From Candidatus Saccharimonadota bacterium (GTDB lineage Bacteria; Patescibacteriota; Gracilibacteria; UBA1369; 2-02-FULL-48-14): a DNA stretch of 32,000 nt. The stretch covers positions 1,260,001-1,292,000 of the forward strand of contig OZ246396.1 of the NCBI GenBank assembly GCA_965230905.1, in the 5' to 3' direction. The notes under the pieces are model-generated. The model was not told where the DNA came from, made no database searches, and saw only the letters and a list, made by a program, of their open reading frames with translations. Of the stretch, positions 9,258 to 18,415 are shown piece after piece. Both the position numbers and the translations under genes were made by a program. The stretch's first letter is position 1, and the number at the start of each line of letters is the position of its first letter.

Positions 9258-10480
9258 AGCTTTCATTAGAACAACTCGTGGGTCTGGGCGGCGACGGCTT
9301 GACCATGGCTGAACTGGAGGCCGAGGGCGCTAAGATTGGTGGATTTTTGAAAGGCTTTGAGGCGCGCAGGCAGGGATTTCCTCTGCTGCCCAAATTGCGC
9401 GGGCCGGTTTTGGCCGTAAAAGAATTGGCGGAGAAATTGCGTGGCAAGTTTAAAGACATCGTGGTGCTGGGCATTGGTGGAAGCGCGCTGGGCATAACTT
9501 GTGTGCGGGATGCGCTGCTGGGTTCACTGTGGAATTTTCACGGCAAGACCCGACTCTTTGTGCTGGATAATTTGGATACCGTGGGAGAACTGGAAAGAGT
9601 GATCGATGCAGATAAAACGCTGTTCATCGTGATTTCTAAGAGTGGAACGACGCCGGAAACGATGGCGCAGTATTTTTATTTTAAGCAAAAAGTATCTAAG
9701 GAGAATTTTGTGTTCATTACGGACGCGGCGAACGGCGAACTCCGGGAGATTGGCAAAGAATACGGCATACCGATGCTGGATATTCCCGACAATGTGGGTG
9801 GACGATTTTCGGTGCTGACGCCGGTGGGACTTTTTCCCGCGGCGATGATGGGCGTGGATATTGAAGAATTGCTGCGCGGTGCGGATGGCATGGCCGCTTT
9901 GTTTATGAAGGACGAATGGGCTCTGAATGTGCCGTTTCAATTTGCGGCGGCGCAGTATTTGCTGGAATGGAAGTACGGCGTGCACATCACCGTGATGATG
10001 CCTTACTCAACCCGGCTCTCGAGTTTGGCGGATTGGTATGCTCAGCTCTTGGCGGAAAGCATTGGGAAGGAAGGCAAAGGTCTCACTCCGGTGAGTGCTT
10101 TGGGTGTGACGGATCAGCATTCTCAACTCCAACTCTATAACGAGGGTCCAAAAGATAAATTGATTGTTTTCGTGGAGGTGGAACGGGAGGAAACTCCCAC
10201 TATTCCCCGGGTGGAACGGAAGGCATTAGCCTACCTGTCTGGGCTGAGTTTTCACCAGCTCATGAACACGGAAAAGCGCGGGACGGAGCAGGCATTGAGC
10301 GAATATAAAAAGCCCAACGTCACGATTTCCGTGCCGGAAGTGAATGCGTATGAACTCGGGCAACTTTTTATGTTTTTTGAAGCCAGTATTGCTTTTCTAG
10401 GAGAATATTATAGGATAAACGCGTTCGACCAACCTGGAGTTGAACTCAGCAAGCAGCTAACTAAACAACTTCTCAGCTAA
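9254..10480 (+). CDS. pgi: glucose-6-phosphate isomerase (short form, about 408 aa)
   Basis: Motifs GIGGSALG, ISKSGTTPET and GGRFSVL are present. I prefer the ATG at 9254 (MKLSLEQ...) over the track's TTG at 9239 because it overlaps the tal stop in ATGA. Confidence 0.93.
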   Translation: MKLSLEQLVGLGGDGLTMAELEAEGAKIGGFLKGFEARRQGFPLLPKLRGPVLAVKELAEKLRGKFKDIVVLGIGGSALGITCVRDALLGSLWNFHGKTRLFVLDNLDTVGELERVIDADKTLFIVISKSGTTPETMAQYFYFKQKVSKENFVFITDAANGELREIGKEYGIPMLDIPDNVGGRFSVLTPVGLFPAAMMGVDIEELLRGADGMAALFMKDEWALNVPFQFAAAQYLLEWKYGVHITVMMPYSTRLSSLADWYAQLLAESIGKEGKGLTPVSALGVTDQHSQLQLYNEGPKDKLIVFVEVEREETPTIPRVERKALAYLSGLSFHQLMNTEKRGTEQALSEYKKPNVTISVPEVNAYELGQLFMFFEASIAFLGEYYRINAFDQPGVELSKQLTKQLLS

Positions 10481-12360
10481 TGAAGCTTACGAACGAACAG
10501 ATCGCGTTTCTCAAGGCTTTCTCTAAGTCTTGCCGGCGATCGATTTTGGAAATGGTGACGAATGCACAGTCCGGGCATCCAGGTGGTTCGCTTTCGTGCA
10601 TCGATTATTTGTCGCTGCTTTACGTGATGCGACTGTGTGAAACGAACGAGCCGATTGTGGTTTCCAACGGGCACATCTCCCCTGCCGTTTACGCGGTTTT
10701 GGCGGAGCTGGGTGTGATTCCTAAAGAGCGAGTGATTGCGACTTTTAGAAAGCCGGATGACATTTACGAAGGGCACGTGAACCGGCAAGTGCCGGGGGTG
10801 TTTTATGGAACGGGACCGCTGGGTGTGGGCGCGAGCGCGGCGGCCGGAATGGCGACAGCGGCGCAGATTCAGAAAAAAGATGAGCATGTGTTTTTGCTGA
10901 TGGGAGACGGAGAAAATCAGGAAGGTCAGGCTTATGAAATGATGAACTATGCGGCCAAGCATAAACTCGGGAATTTGATTTTGTTTGTGGATTACAACCA
11001 AGTGCAGCTCACGGATTCTTTGGCGAACATTATGCCTTTGCAGGTTAAAAAACACTACGAAGCGGCGGGTTGGCATGTGCAGGAAGTGGACGGACATGAT
11101 TTTGCAGCGATGGCTCTTGCGATCAGCGCGGCGATGGCGGAAACCGAGCGCCCGAGCGTTTTGATTGGGCATACAATTATGGGAGAAGGCGTCGAGTTTA
11201 TGGCCAAAACTGGACGTGAACACAAAGCCGATTGGCATGGGAAATCTCCTAAGAAAGAAGAAACGGAGGCCGCGCTGGCGGAGATTGAGTTAACGGTGGA
11301 AGAAGCGGCGATTTTGGCTGAAGGACTTAAGGCACTGAAGGTGAATATTAAGACGCCGCATCAGCCGGACGTGGCTGCGGTGAACACGGGAGTGGCAAAA
11401 ACCTATGCAGCCGATGTGATGACGGATTGCCGTGGGGCCTATGGAGCGGCACTCCTGGATTTAGCAACTTTGAATCCGCACGTGGTGGCGCTCACCGCTG
11501 ATTTGGCGGACAGCGTGAAGACCGACGGCGTGAAGAAGAACTTCCCCGAGCGGCACATTGAATGTGGAATTGCAGAGCAGCACATGGTGAGCAACAGCGG
11601 CGGACTTTCGCTGCGCGGACTCGTGCCGTTTTGCAGCACTTTTGGAGCGTTTATGAGCAGCCGGGCAAAAGACCAAGCGCGTGTGAACGACATCAATCAA
11701 ACCAACGTGAAGATGGTGGCCACGCACTGCGGGCTCAGCGTGGGAGAAGACGGACCTACCCATCAAGCTATTGATGACATCAGTTCCTTTGCGGGATTTT
11801 TCCACACGCAAATTTTTGAACCGGCGGACCCGAACCAATGTGACCGAATCATCCGCTACATTGGCGCGACCTACGGCAATTTTTACGTACGCATGGGGCG
11901 CGCCAAGATTCCGGTGATTACTAAAGAAGACGGGACGCCGTTCTTTGGCGAGGGATATGAGTTTAAACCTGGCAAAGCGGATGTTTTGCGCAGTGGGGAA
12001 AAAGCTACCATCGTAGCCAGTGGACCCATGGTGCACTATGCACTCAAAGCCGCAGAAAACTTGGGTGGAGACATTGAGGTGATTGCTGTGAGCAGCTTCA
12101 TTCCTTTTGACAGCGAAACCATTGTGGCGAGCGCTAAGAAAACCGGGCGCGTGGTGACAGTGCATGATCACAACATTGATACGGGGCTGGGCGGTTTTGT
12201 GGAAAAGGCTTTGTTCGAGGCTGGTGTATTGGTGCCAGTAAAACGGCTGGGCGTGTCGGCTTATCAACTTTCCGGAACGGCGGATCAACTCTATAAAATG
12301 GCGGGACTTGGCATTGAAGATATTGAAGCGGCGCTCAATCATTTGATCCAAGGAAAATGA
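10480..12360 (+). CDS. tkt: transketolase (single-polypeptide form)
   Basis: 626 aa. The TPP-binding region reads SGHPGGSLS...LMGDGENQEGQAYE...DYNQVQL. Pyrimidine-binding and C-terminal domains (ECGIAEQHMV, GPTHQAIDD) follow. The start overlaps the pgi stop (TAATG). Confidence 0.96.
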   Translation: MKLTNEQIAFLKAFSKSCRRSILEMVTNAQSGHPGGSLSCIDYLSLLYVMRLCETNEPIVVSNGHISPAVYAVLAELGVIPKERVIATFRKPDDIYEGHVNRQVPGVFYGTGPLGVGASAAAGMATAAQIQKKDEHVFLLMGDGENQEGQAYEMMNYAAKHKLGNLILFVDYNQVQLTDSLANIMPLQVKKHYEAAGWHVQEVDGHDFAAMALAISAAMAETERPSVLIGHTIMGEGVEFMAKTGREHKADWHGKSPKKEETEAALAEIELTVEEAAILAEGLKALKVNIKTPHQPDVAAVNTGVAKTYAADVMTDCRGAYGAALLDLATLNPHVVALTADLADSVKTDGVKKNFPERHIECGIAEQHMVSNSGGLSLRGLVPFCSTFGAFMSSRAKDQARVNDINQTNVKMVATHCGLSVGEDGPTHQAIDDISSFAGFFHTQIFEPADPNQCDRIIRYIGATYGNFYVRMGRAKIPVITKEDGTPFFGEGYEFKPGKADVLRSGEKATIVASGPMVHYALKAAENLGGDIEVIAVSSFIPFDSETIVASAKKTGRVVTVHDHNIDTGLGGFVEKALFEAGVLVPVKRLGVSAYQLSGTADQLYKMAGLGIEDIEAALNHLIQGK

Positions 12361-13118
12361 ACGAGGAGCTCATCCCCTATTTAGGCGGATTGGTCTCCAT
12401 CATCAGTTCTTTCTTTGGGGCTTTTGCTAGTGGAGGCTCCGTGCTCATTTTACTCAGCTCTCTCTTCATATTAACTCCGTATCCGTACCTTAGTTTGCTC
12501 GCCACCGCCAAAGTAGCCGGCATGGCCATGACCTTTGTTTCTTCCAGCGTGCATTACAGGAAAACTAAAGTGAACCGGGCTATGATTAGCGTCATGACCG
12601 TCACCGGTTTCATTGGAATGGCGGGCGCTACTTGGTTGATTCAAATCTACCCCAATGAAGCATTTTTTGAGAAAATGATCGGGGTCATGCTTTTGGTCTT
12701 TGCGATTTATTTGCTGACGTCCAAAACCAAAGGTCTGGATGCTTCGGGCCGAACCTCGTTCACCAAGCGGGAACTGTGTGAAGTAGCAGGCGTTATGGTG
12801 CTAATAGGTTTTGTGAACGGATTCTCCGGCGGTATGGGATTTATTTTGAACGCCTACCTTATTCTTCGTTTAAAAATGAGTTTTATTGAAGCCACCGCGT
12901 ACACCATGATATCCGGCTTTCTGGTTGTGGCCAGCCAAGCCATTTATTTGGCGAATGTAGTGGAGATCAACCGAGGGCTTTTGGCGATGGTGGTTCTGGG
13001 TTCCTTGCTCGGAGGATATTTTGGAACGCAGCTGCAGTATCTCAAAGGAAACCGCACCGTAAAATGGGTGGTTACGGGAATGATGTTCATTCTTGGAACG
13101 GCCGCCTTTGTTCAATAG
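12357..13118 (+). CDS. TauE/SafE (DUF81) family anion-exporter-like membrane protein
   Basis: 253-aa polytopic membrane protein with a Gly-rich first helix (FFGAFASGGSVLILL) and internal repeat architecture typical of DUF81. ATGA overlap with the tkt stop. Confidence 0.8.
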   Translation: MNEELIPYLGGLVSIISSFFGAFASGGSVLILLSSLFILTPYPYLSLLATAKVAGMAMTFVSSSVHYRKTKVNRAMISVMTVTGFIGMAGATWLIQIYPNEAFFEKMIGVMLLVFAIYLLTSKTKGLDASGRTSFTKRELCEVAGVMVLIGFVNGFSGGMGFILNAYLILRLKMSFIEATAYTMISGFLVVASQAIYLANVVEINRGLLAMVVLGSLLGGYFGTQLQYLKGNRTVKWVVTGMMFILGTAAFVQ

Positions 13119-13121
13119 GAA

Positions 13122-13517
13122 TTACTCCCAGAACTTTTCGTCGGACTTCCAAGAGTCGTCGGCTTCGTTGTGGATGAAGGAGGTGATAGAACCGCCGTCC
13201 ACTGCGTAGATTTTGGCTTTTCCGTTGGAGGTGCTCCAGTCGGTGCGAGACCAATCCACCGCAGGTGCTCCGTCGTCAAAGTAAGCGTAAATGTCTGGGC
13301 AGGATTCGCCTTCTACCTTGAGGGTGACACGGAAATACGTGAGCACGGTTTCGCAGTCCTTAGCCGCAACGGCTTCGGTAAGCCCCTGCCAAGCCAGCAT
13401 CACGGGCTTCTGTTCAGGGAATTCACTAATAGTTTCTTTGTCGGCAACGGTGATGCCGGAACTACAAGCGGTCAACAGAAGGCTCATGGCCAAAAGTGTA
13501 GGAAGGGTTGCTTTCAT
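13122..13517 (-). CDS. hypothetical lipoprotein (131 aa)
   Basis: Signal peptide plus lipobox (SLLLTAC). It is the last gene of the gnd-zwf-pgl strand run, beginning 15 nt after pgl. No known domain recognised. Confidence 0.65.
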   Translation of the reverse strand: MKATLPTLLAMSLLLTACSSGITVADKETISEFPEQKPVMLAWQGLTEAVAAKDCETVLTYFRVTLKVEGESCPDIYAYFDDGAPAVDWSRTDWSTSNGKAKIYAVDGGSITSFIHNEADDSWKSDEKFWE

Positions 13518-13532
13518 AATGAGGGGGTTATT

Positions 13533-14228
13533 CTAAAGCGAGTATAGTACTTTGAGAGTGGCTTTGGAAGCCAAGAATTTTAGGGCGGTGAGTGGCAAGC
13601 TGCTGGATTTCCCTTCCAAGTTTTCGACGACCGGGAGTTTGTCGGGACCTTTGAGCAGGAGCAGGGCGCACGATGCTTCTTGGAGGGCCTTGGTGGTGAG
13701 CGTGAGACGCTGCGGAGTCGGGTAGCCTTTGGCGTGAGCAGTAGCAGCGTAGTTGGGGCTGAGCAGGGCGCGGTCGCCTTCGAACAGAGAGGCAATGTGA
13801 CCGTCGGAGCCGGCGCCTAAAATGAGACAATCGAGCAAGGGGCGGCCTTGTTCTTGAAGGCGAGTGAGCTGGCGATCCATTTCTTCGGCGGCGGAGTCGT
13901 AAGGCAAAGAGGTATCGAAAGTGAAGATATTGTTGGGAGGAATGGGCGCGCGGGTGAGCAGAGTTTTGCGGAGCATGCCAAGGTTGCTTTCTTTGTGGTC
14001 GCTGGGGACATAGCGCTCGTCGAGCTGAATGATTTTAATTTTTCCCCAAGGTAGATTGGCGTCGGCGAGTTTTTCATAAAGCGCTTTTGGCGTGGAGCCA
14101 CCGGCGAGGCCGAGTCGGCAATCGGGGAATTTTCGTAGAGCTTCGCGGATGCACAAAAGCACATCCTCCAAGGCGGTGTCCCAAAATTCCGCTTCCGTTT
14201 CAAAATGAAAGACCAAAGGATTAGTCAT
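13533..14228 (-). CDS. pgl: 6-phosphogluconolactonase
   Basis: Motifs GLAGGSTP, LDERYVP and LGAGSDGHIASLF are present. There is an 8-nt overlap with the zwf 3' end (ATGACTAA). Confidence 0.9.
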   Translation of the reverse strand: MTNPLVFHFETEAEFWDTALEDVLLCIREALRKFPDCRLGLAGGSTPKALYEKLADANLPWGKIKIIQLDERYVPSDHKESNLGMLRKTLLTRAPIPPNNIFTFDTSLPYDSAAEEMDRQLTRLQEQGRPLLDCLILGAGSDGHIASLFEGDRALLSPNYAATAHAKGYPTPQRLTLTTKALQEASCALLLLKGPDKLPVVENLEGKSSSLPLTALKFLASKATLKVLYSL

Positions 14229-15687
14229 TGGGGAAAGCGTTAAACCAAGTGAAGCCGTCTTTTTTCAAAAGTTCGTCTGCGGCTTTGGGGCCGAGTGTGC
14301 CGCTGGCGTAGCTGTGGAGTTCGTCGCATTTTTTGGATTTTTTGTCGCACCAGTGTTGAGCGCGGTCCATGATGCGCCAAGCTGCAAAAATTTCTTCGAA
14401 GTTCAGGAAGAGGCCGCGCTTGCCGTCCACTACGTCGAGGAGCAGGCGTCCGTGTTCACCGAGGCAATCGCCGCTGCAATAAATGGGGCGGCCGGTGGTG
14501 AGTTCGTGGAAGTCGAAGGTCTTGCCGCCGAGCTTGGTGAGCAAATGGAATTCAATTTTTTCGTAGGGTTGGAGCTGAATCACAATGCGGTTCGGCGGAA
14601 GATCCGGCTGATTTTTTTGCACCTTATGCGGCTTGAATTCCAGCACCACGGCAGTCCACTTTTTCTTCAAACATTTTCCACTGCGAATGTAGAGCGGCAC
14701 GTCCTTCCAGAGTGGATGTTTGATTCGGAGTTTGAGCGCGGCGTAGGTTTCGGTTTGAGAATTTGCCGGAATATCTTTGGTTTTGTTGTAGCCTTTGTAC
14801 TGGCCGCGCACGATGGATTCGTGGGGTTTATCCAGACGCAGTGAACTCAGCACTCGAGCCTTTTCGTGATGAATGGCCTCCCCCGTTTGTTCCTTGGGCG
14901 CGTACATGGTGAGGTACGCGATGATTTGCAAAAGATGCGACTGCACCATGTCACGCAGAATTCCGACGTTATCAAAATAATTGGCGCGGCCTTCGATGTC
15001 TTTTTCTTCCAGCGCGGAGATTTGGATATTGCTCACGTACTCGCGGCTGAATAAATTGGTGAGAATGGAATTGGCGTAGCGCAGCGAAAGCAGATTGCTC
15101 ACCGCTTCTTTGCCGAGGTAATGATCGAGCAAATAAACCTGTTCGGGCTTGAAATGTTTGTCGAGTTTTTTCTTGAGTTTTTTGGCGGAGCTGAGGTCGT
15201 AGCCGAAGGGTTTTTCTATAACGAGACGGAGTGCGCAACGCTTGGTGTTGAAGTTCACGCGCGCGAGATTTGTGAAAATCTCTGGGAAGACGGAGGGCGG
15301 CACGGAGAAGTAAGCCATGCGCACGCGGTCCGGCGTTTCTTCAATTTCTCGCAAGCGCTTAAGGAAGTTTTTGTAGTCGGCCTCGCTGTCGTAGGCGCCG
15401 GAAAAATAAAATACATTGGCTAGGAGTTTTTTGAGCGCGGCTTCGTCCACATTTTTCTCACTTTTGCGAATGGATTTTTCAAAAAGTTTTCGGAAGGCGG
15501 CGTCCTCCATGGGCGTGCGAGCGTAACCCACAATCTTAAAATCCTTGGGCATGCGGCCTTCTTTCACCAGTTCGTAAATGGACGGAAAAAGTTTCAGCTG
15601 CGCCAGCGAACCGGACGCTCCAAAAATGAAGATCGTGAAATTGTGCGCGGCGGTTTGAAAAGTAGCTGCTGGGGATTTTTTTTTCAT
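14221..15687 (-). CDS. zwf: glucose-6-phosphate 1-dehydrogenase
   Basis: The dinucleotide motif IFGASGSLAQLKLFPS and active-site region LLDHYLGKE are present, followed by RDMVQSHLLQ. I prefer the ATG at 15687 (MKKKSP...), which overlaps the gnd TGA as ATGA. The track starts 2 codons earlier at a GTG (15693). Confidence 0.95.
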   Translation of the reverse strand: MKKKSPAATFQTAAHNFTIFIFGASGSLAQLKLFPSIYELVKEGRMPKDFKIVGYARTPMEDAAFRKLFEKSIRKSEKNVDEAALKKLLANVFYFSGAYDSEADYKNFLKRLREIEETPDRVRMAYFSVPPSVFPEIFTNLARVNFNTKRCALRLVIEKPFGYDLSSAKKLKKKLDKHFKPEQVYLLDHYLGKEAVSNLLSLRYANSILTNLFSREYVSNIQISALEEKDIEGRANYFDNVGILRDMVQSHLLQIIAYLTMYAPKEQTGEAIHHEKARVLSSLRLDKPHESIVRGQYKGYNKTKDIPANSQTETYAALKLRIKHPLWKDVPLYIRSGKCLKKKWTAVVLEFKPHKVQKNQPDLPPNRIVIQLQPYEKIEFHLLTKLGGKTFDFHELTTGRPIYCSGDCLGEHGRLLLDVVDGKRGLFLNFEEIFAAWRIMDRAQHWCDKKSKKCDELHSYASGTLGPKAADELLKKDGFTWFNAFPND

Positions 15688-17072
15688 GGCCACACGGTGT
15701 GAAATTCACCTTCTTGATCGACGCGTTCATAGCCGTGCGAACCAAAACGGTCACGCAGGCCTTGGATGAAATTCGCGGGCAGATGCTCGCGGCGCATGCT
15801 TTCAAAATGCAGAAGCGCGCTAGAAAGAGCGGGCAACGGAATGGAGGCCTCCACGGCCGCCGCTACGATTTTTTTCCAGCTGGGGAGCGCCGCGGTGAGC
15901 GTTTGCTCGGTCCAGAGTCCGCCGTACAAAGTTTCGGAGTGACTCAGCACACCCGCGAAGTTTTTTAAAAGACTGCAGCGGATGATGCAGCCGCCCTGCC
16001 ACACACGCAGGATGTCGGCAAAGTTTAAGTTGAAACCGTATTCTTTGTTGGCCGCGGTGAGCACGGCGATGCCTTGTTCAAAGTGGGCAATGCGGGAGGC
16101 GAGCAGCGCTTTTTCTAAATGATTCACAAATTCGGAGACGAGCATTTTGGGTGCGCCGCCGGCTGCGGGATACGCCGCTGCGAGCTTGAGGCGTTTTTCT
16201 TTTTCAGCCGAAAAGGCCCGCGCGAAAACGGCATTCGCGAAAGAGGGCGCGGGCACGCCGAGGCGCAAGGCTTCTTCCGTGGTCCATCGTCCGGTTCCCT
16301 TTTGCCCGGCTCTGTCCACAATCACATCGAGCAGAAAATCTCCATCATCTTTTTTACGTAGCACGTCCACGCTTATATCCATTAGGAAAGAGCTGAGTTC
16401 GCCCTGACTCCATTTTTCAAAGATATCTCCAATTTCTTCCTGGCGCAGTTGAAAGAGCGAACGCAGTAAATCGTAGGCTTCCGAGAGCGCTTGCATCTCC
16501 GCGTACTCGATTCCGTTGTGGACCATTTTCACATAATGTCCCGCTCCCCCGTTGCCCATGTAGGCCACGCAGGCACGGCCCTCAAAATCGGCAGCGGCAA
16601 TGGATTCCAAAATGGGTTTGAACTCGTCCCAGGCGTCGCGGCTTCCCCCCGGCATGATGCTGGGACCTTTGAGCGCGCCTTCTTCCCCGCCGGAGACTCC
16701 GGTTCCCAAAAAGTGAATACCTTGTTCACCCAGTTCGCCGAGCAGTTTTTCGGTGTCTTTGTAAAAAGAATTGCCCCCTTCCAAAATGCAGTCGCCTGCA
16801 CGGAGGGTTCGCTTGAGTTGGGATAAAACTTCTTCGGTTGCAGCGCCGGCCGGCACCATCAAAACAATGCGGCGTGGCGTTTCCAGGCTTTCAATAAAAT
16901 CTTCAAAATTTTTGGCGCCGTAAAAAAAATCATTCCCGTGGTTTTTCAAAAAAGTCTCAACTTTTTCCTGCGTGCGATTCCACACGCTTACCTTAAAACC
17001 GTGGTTCGCAATATTCCGAGCTAGCGCAGAGCCCATGGTACCGAGACCAATAACTCCAACTTGAGACGACAT
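15684..17072 (-). CDS. gnd: 6-phosphogluconate dehydrogenase, decarboxylating
   Basis: 462 aa. Sequence reads VGVIGLGTMGSALARN (NADP fold), GNSFYKDT, GTGVSGGEEGA, HYVKMVHNGIEYAEMQ, and a C-terminal RDRFGSHGYERVD. Confidence 0.95.
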   Translation of the reverse strand: MSSQVGVIGLGTMGSALARNIANHGFKVSVWNRTQEKVETFLKNHGNDFFYGAKNFEDFIESLETPRRIVLMVPAGAATEEVLSQLKRTLRAGDCILEGGNSFYKDTEKLLGELGEQGIHFLGTGVSGGEEGALKGPSIMPGGSRDAWDEFKPILESIAAADFEGRACVAYMGNGGAGHYVKMVHNGIEYAEMQALSEAYDLLRSLFQLRQEEIGDIFEKWSQGELSSFLMDISVDVLRKKDDGDFLLDVIVDRAGQKGTGRWTTEEALRLGVPAPSFANAVFARAFSAEKEKRLKLAAAYPAAGGAPKMLVSEFVNHLEKALLASRIAHFEQGIAVLTAANKEYGFNLNFADILRVWQGGCIIRCSLLKNFAGVLSHSETLYGGLWTEQTLTAALPSWKKIVAAAVEASIPLPALSSALLHFESMRREHLPANFIQGLRDRFGSHGYERVDQEGEFHTVWP

Positions 17073-17081
17073 AGGCGTGGA

Positions 17082-17765
17082 TTAAGACTGGGACGTTTCG
17101 GCTGGCGGGCCTTCAATGATTTCCGTGTCCGACTTTTCCTTGGCGGCTTCACGAAGTTTAATGAGTACACTTTGAATGCTGAGCAGAGCGACTTGGCGAA
17201 TCTTGTCTTCGGAGAAATCCAAACCATGACGCTGGAAATATTCTTCGAGAGAAAATTGCAGAAGATCTAAAATAAGGGATTTGAGTTTTTGATCGGGCGT
17301 CAGCACGGTTTGCAGTGTTTTGCCGGGCAGTTTCATGCCGGAGTCCACAATGGCATTCCCCCACGCATTGAGTTCACGTTTGATTTCTTCAGGGATAAAA
17401 GCCTCGCCCGGAACAGTGGTGAGCGCAGAATTTTCGGAAGGTTCACCTCGGTCAAAATCTTTGAGAATTTCTTTTTCCATTTCTGGGTCAGCGATGGAAA
17501 GCACGGCCAGAATAAACATGCCCGGTACGTTTTCTTGCAAAAGTTTCACCACCAAAAATACGATGTCGGACTTTGCGGGATCTTTCATAAAGCGCATCAA
17601 AATTTTTGCCAGCTTGTCTTCTTGTTTCTTTTGCGCGGCCTGATTGGCGCTCATGTTTTTAATAGCCTTTGCGCTTTCACGCATCTGCTCCTGGAACTGC
17701 TCGCGGGCTTCGGCACTGGCACCCGCGCCTTCCGTATCTAGACCAAAAAAGGATTCTAAAGACAT
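17082..17765 (-). CDS. hypothetical protein (227 aa, acidic, helical-looking)
   Basis: The ORF lies 9 nt upstream of gnd and 6 nt downstream of the 87-aa membrane gene on the same strand. No recognisable domain. Confidence 0.6.
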   Translation of the reverse strand: MSLESFFGLDTEGAGASAEAREQFQEQMRESAKAIKNMSANQAAQKKQEDKLAKILMRFMKDPAKSDIVFLVVKLLQENVPGMFILAVLSIADPEMEKEILKDFDRGEPSENSALTTVPGEAFIPEEIKRELNAWGNAIVDSGMKLPGKTLQTVLTPDQKLKSLILDLLQFSLEEYFQRHGLDFSEDKIRQVALLSIQSVLIKLREAAKEKSDTEIIEGPPAETSQS

Positions 17766-17771
17766 GTGAAT

Positions 17772-18035
17772 TTATTTACTAAGTTTGCGGGCGAAGAAAT
17801 TGTAGAGCCAAACTAGGATATAAGCGCCTAAGAATCCATCAATGAAGCCCCAAAAGAGACCAATCACGGAACCCATTCCGGTGAGTTCGTAACCCGGATA
17901 TGCGTTTGTGAATATTTCCAAAAAGCTTTCACCGTAGCCCCACTGCATCGCAACCCAAGTTCCAATAAGAAGGGATACTCCCCAAAAGACACCTGCGGCA
18001 AGGCCTGCCGCTAAAGCATTGAGTTGGTTTTTCAT
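17772..18035 (-). CDS. small membrane protein (87 aa, predicted multi-TM)
   Basis: Two or three Gly/aromatic-rich hydrophobic segments (AAGLAAGVFWGVSLLIGTWVA; GSVIGLFWGFIDGFLGAYILVWLY) and a basic C-terminus. Confidence 0.6.
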   Translation of the reverse strand: MKNQLNALAAGLAAGVFWGVSLLIGTWVAMQWGYGESFLEIFTNAYPGYELTGMGSVIGLFWGFIDGFLGAYILVWLYNFFARKLSK

Positions 18036-18102
18036 ATGGCGTTTGTTAATAAAAAACTACCCGAGTAGGATAGCTTTTTTAGTGTTGAAAGGCAAAGCTG
18101 AT

Positions 18103-18384
18103 TTAAGCAGCTGCAACGATGTGCACCAAACTGTCATAGTGGGTGCTTCCATCGAACTTCTTTTGGCGCTTTTTAGTGAAGGCTACTTTTCCGTCGGTGA
18201 GAGCGTAAAGGGTCCAGTCACGTCCAGTACCAATGTTCTCACCAGGGTGCCATTTGGTTCCCTTTTGACGAACAATGATTGAACCAGCTGTAACGAACTC
18301 TCCTGCGAAGCGCTTGATACCAAGACGTTTCGCCTGCGAATCGCGACCGTTTTTACTACTACCTCCAGCTTTTTTGGTTGACAT
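18103..18384 (-). CDS. rpmA: 50S ribosomal protein L27
   Basis: The internal ATG at 18384 gives [52 protein letters not shown]..., the canonical L27 N-terminus. The 52 extra upstream codons in the track ORF (to 18540) run through the promoter region and are rejected. Confidence 0.95.
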   Translation of the reverse strand: MSTKKAGGSSKNGRDSQAKRLGIKRFAGEFVTAGSIIVRQKGTKWHPGENIGTGRDWTLYALTDGKVAFTKKRQKKFDGSTHYDSLVHIVAAA

Positions 18385-18415
18385 ATACTTTAGAGTTTTG
18401 GACGAGTGCAGAGGG

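Noticed and set aside
10477-12351. Two long minus-strand ORFs (253 aa at 10477-11238 and 296 aa at 11461-12351) antisense to transketolase
   Set aside because: They lie entirely inside a confidently identified tkt gene. Their products are Arg/His/Ser-rich low-complexity sequences with no motifs. Long antisense ORFs are an expected by-product of GC-rich codon usage.
18049-18068. Possible terminator after rpmA (minus strand CTAC-tcgg-GTAG followed by TTTTTT)
   Set aside because: The stem is only 4 bp, too weak to call a terminator. It is mentioned only as a possible partial attenuator.
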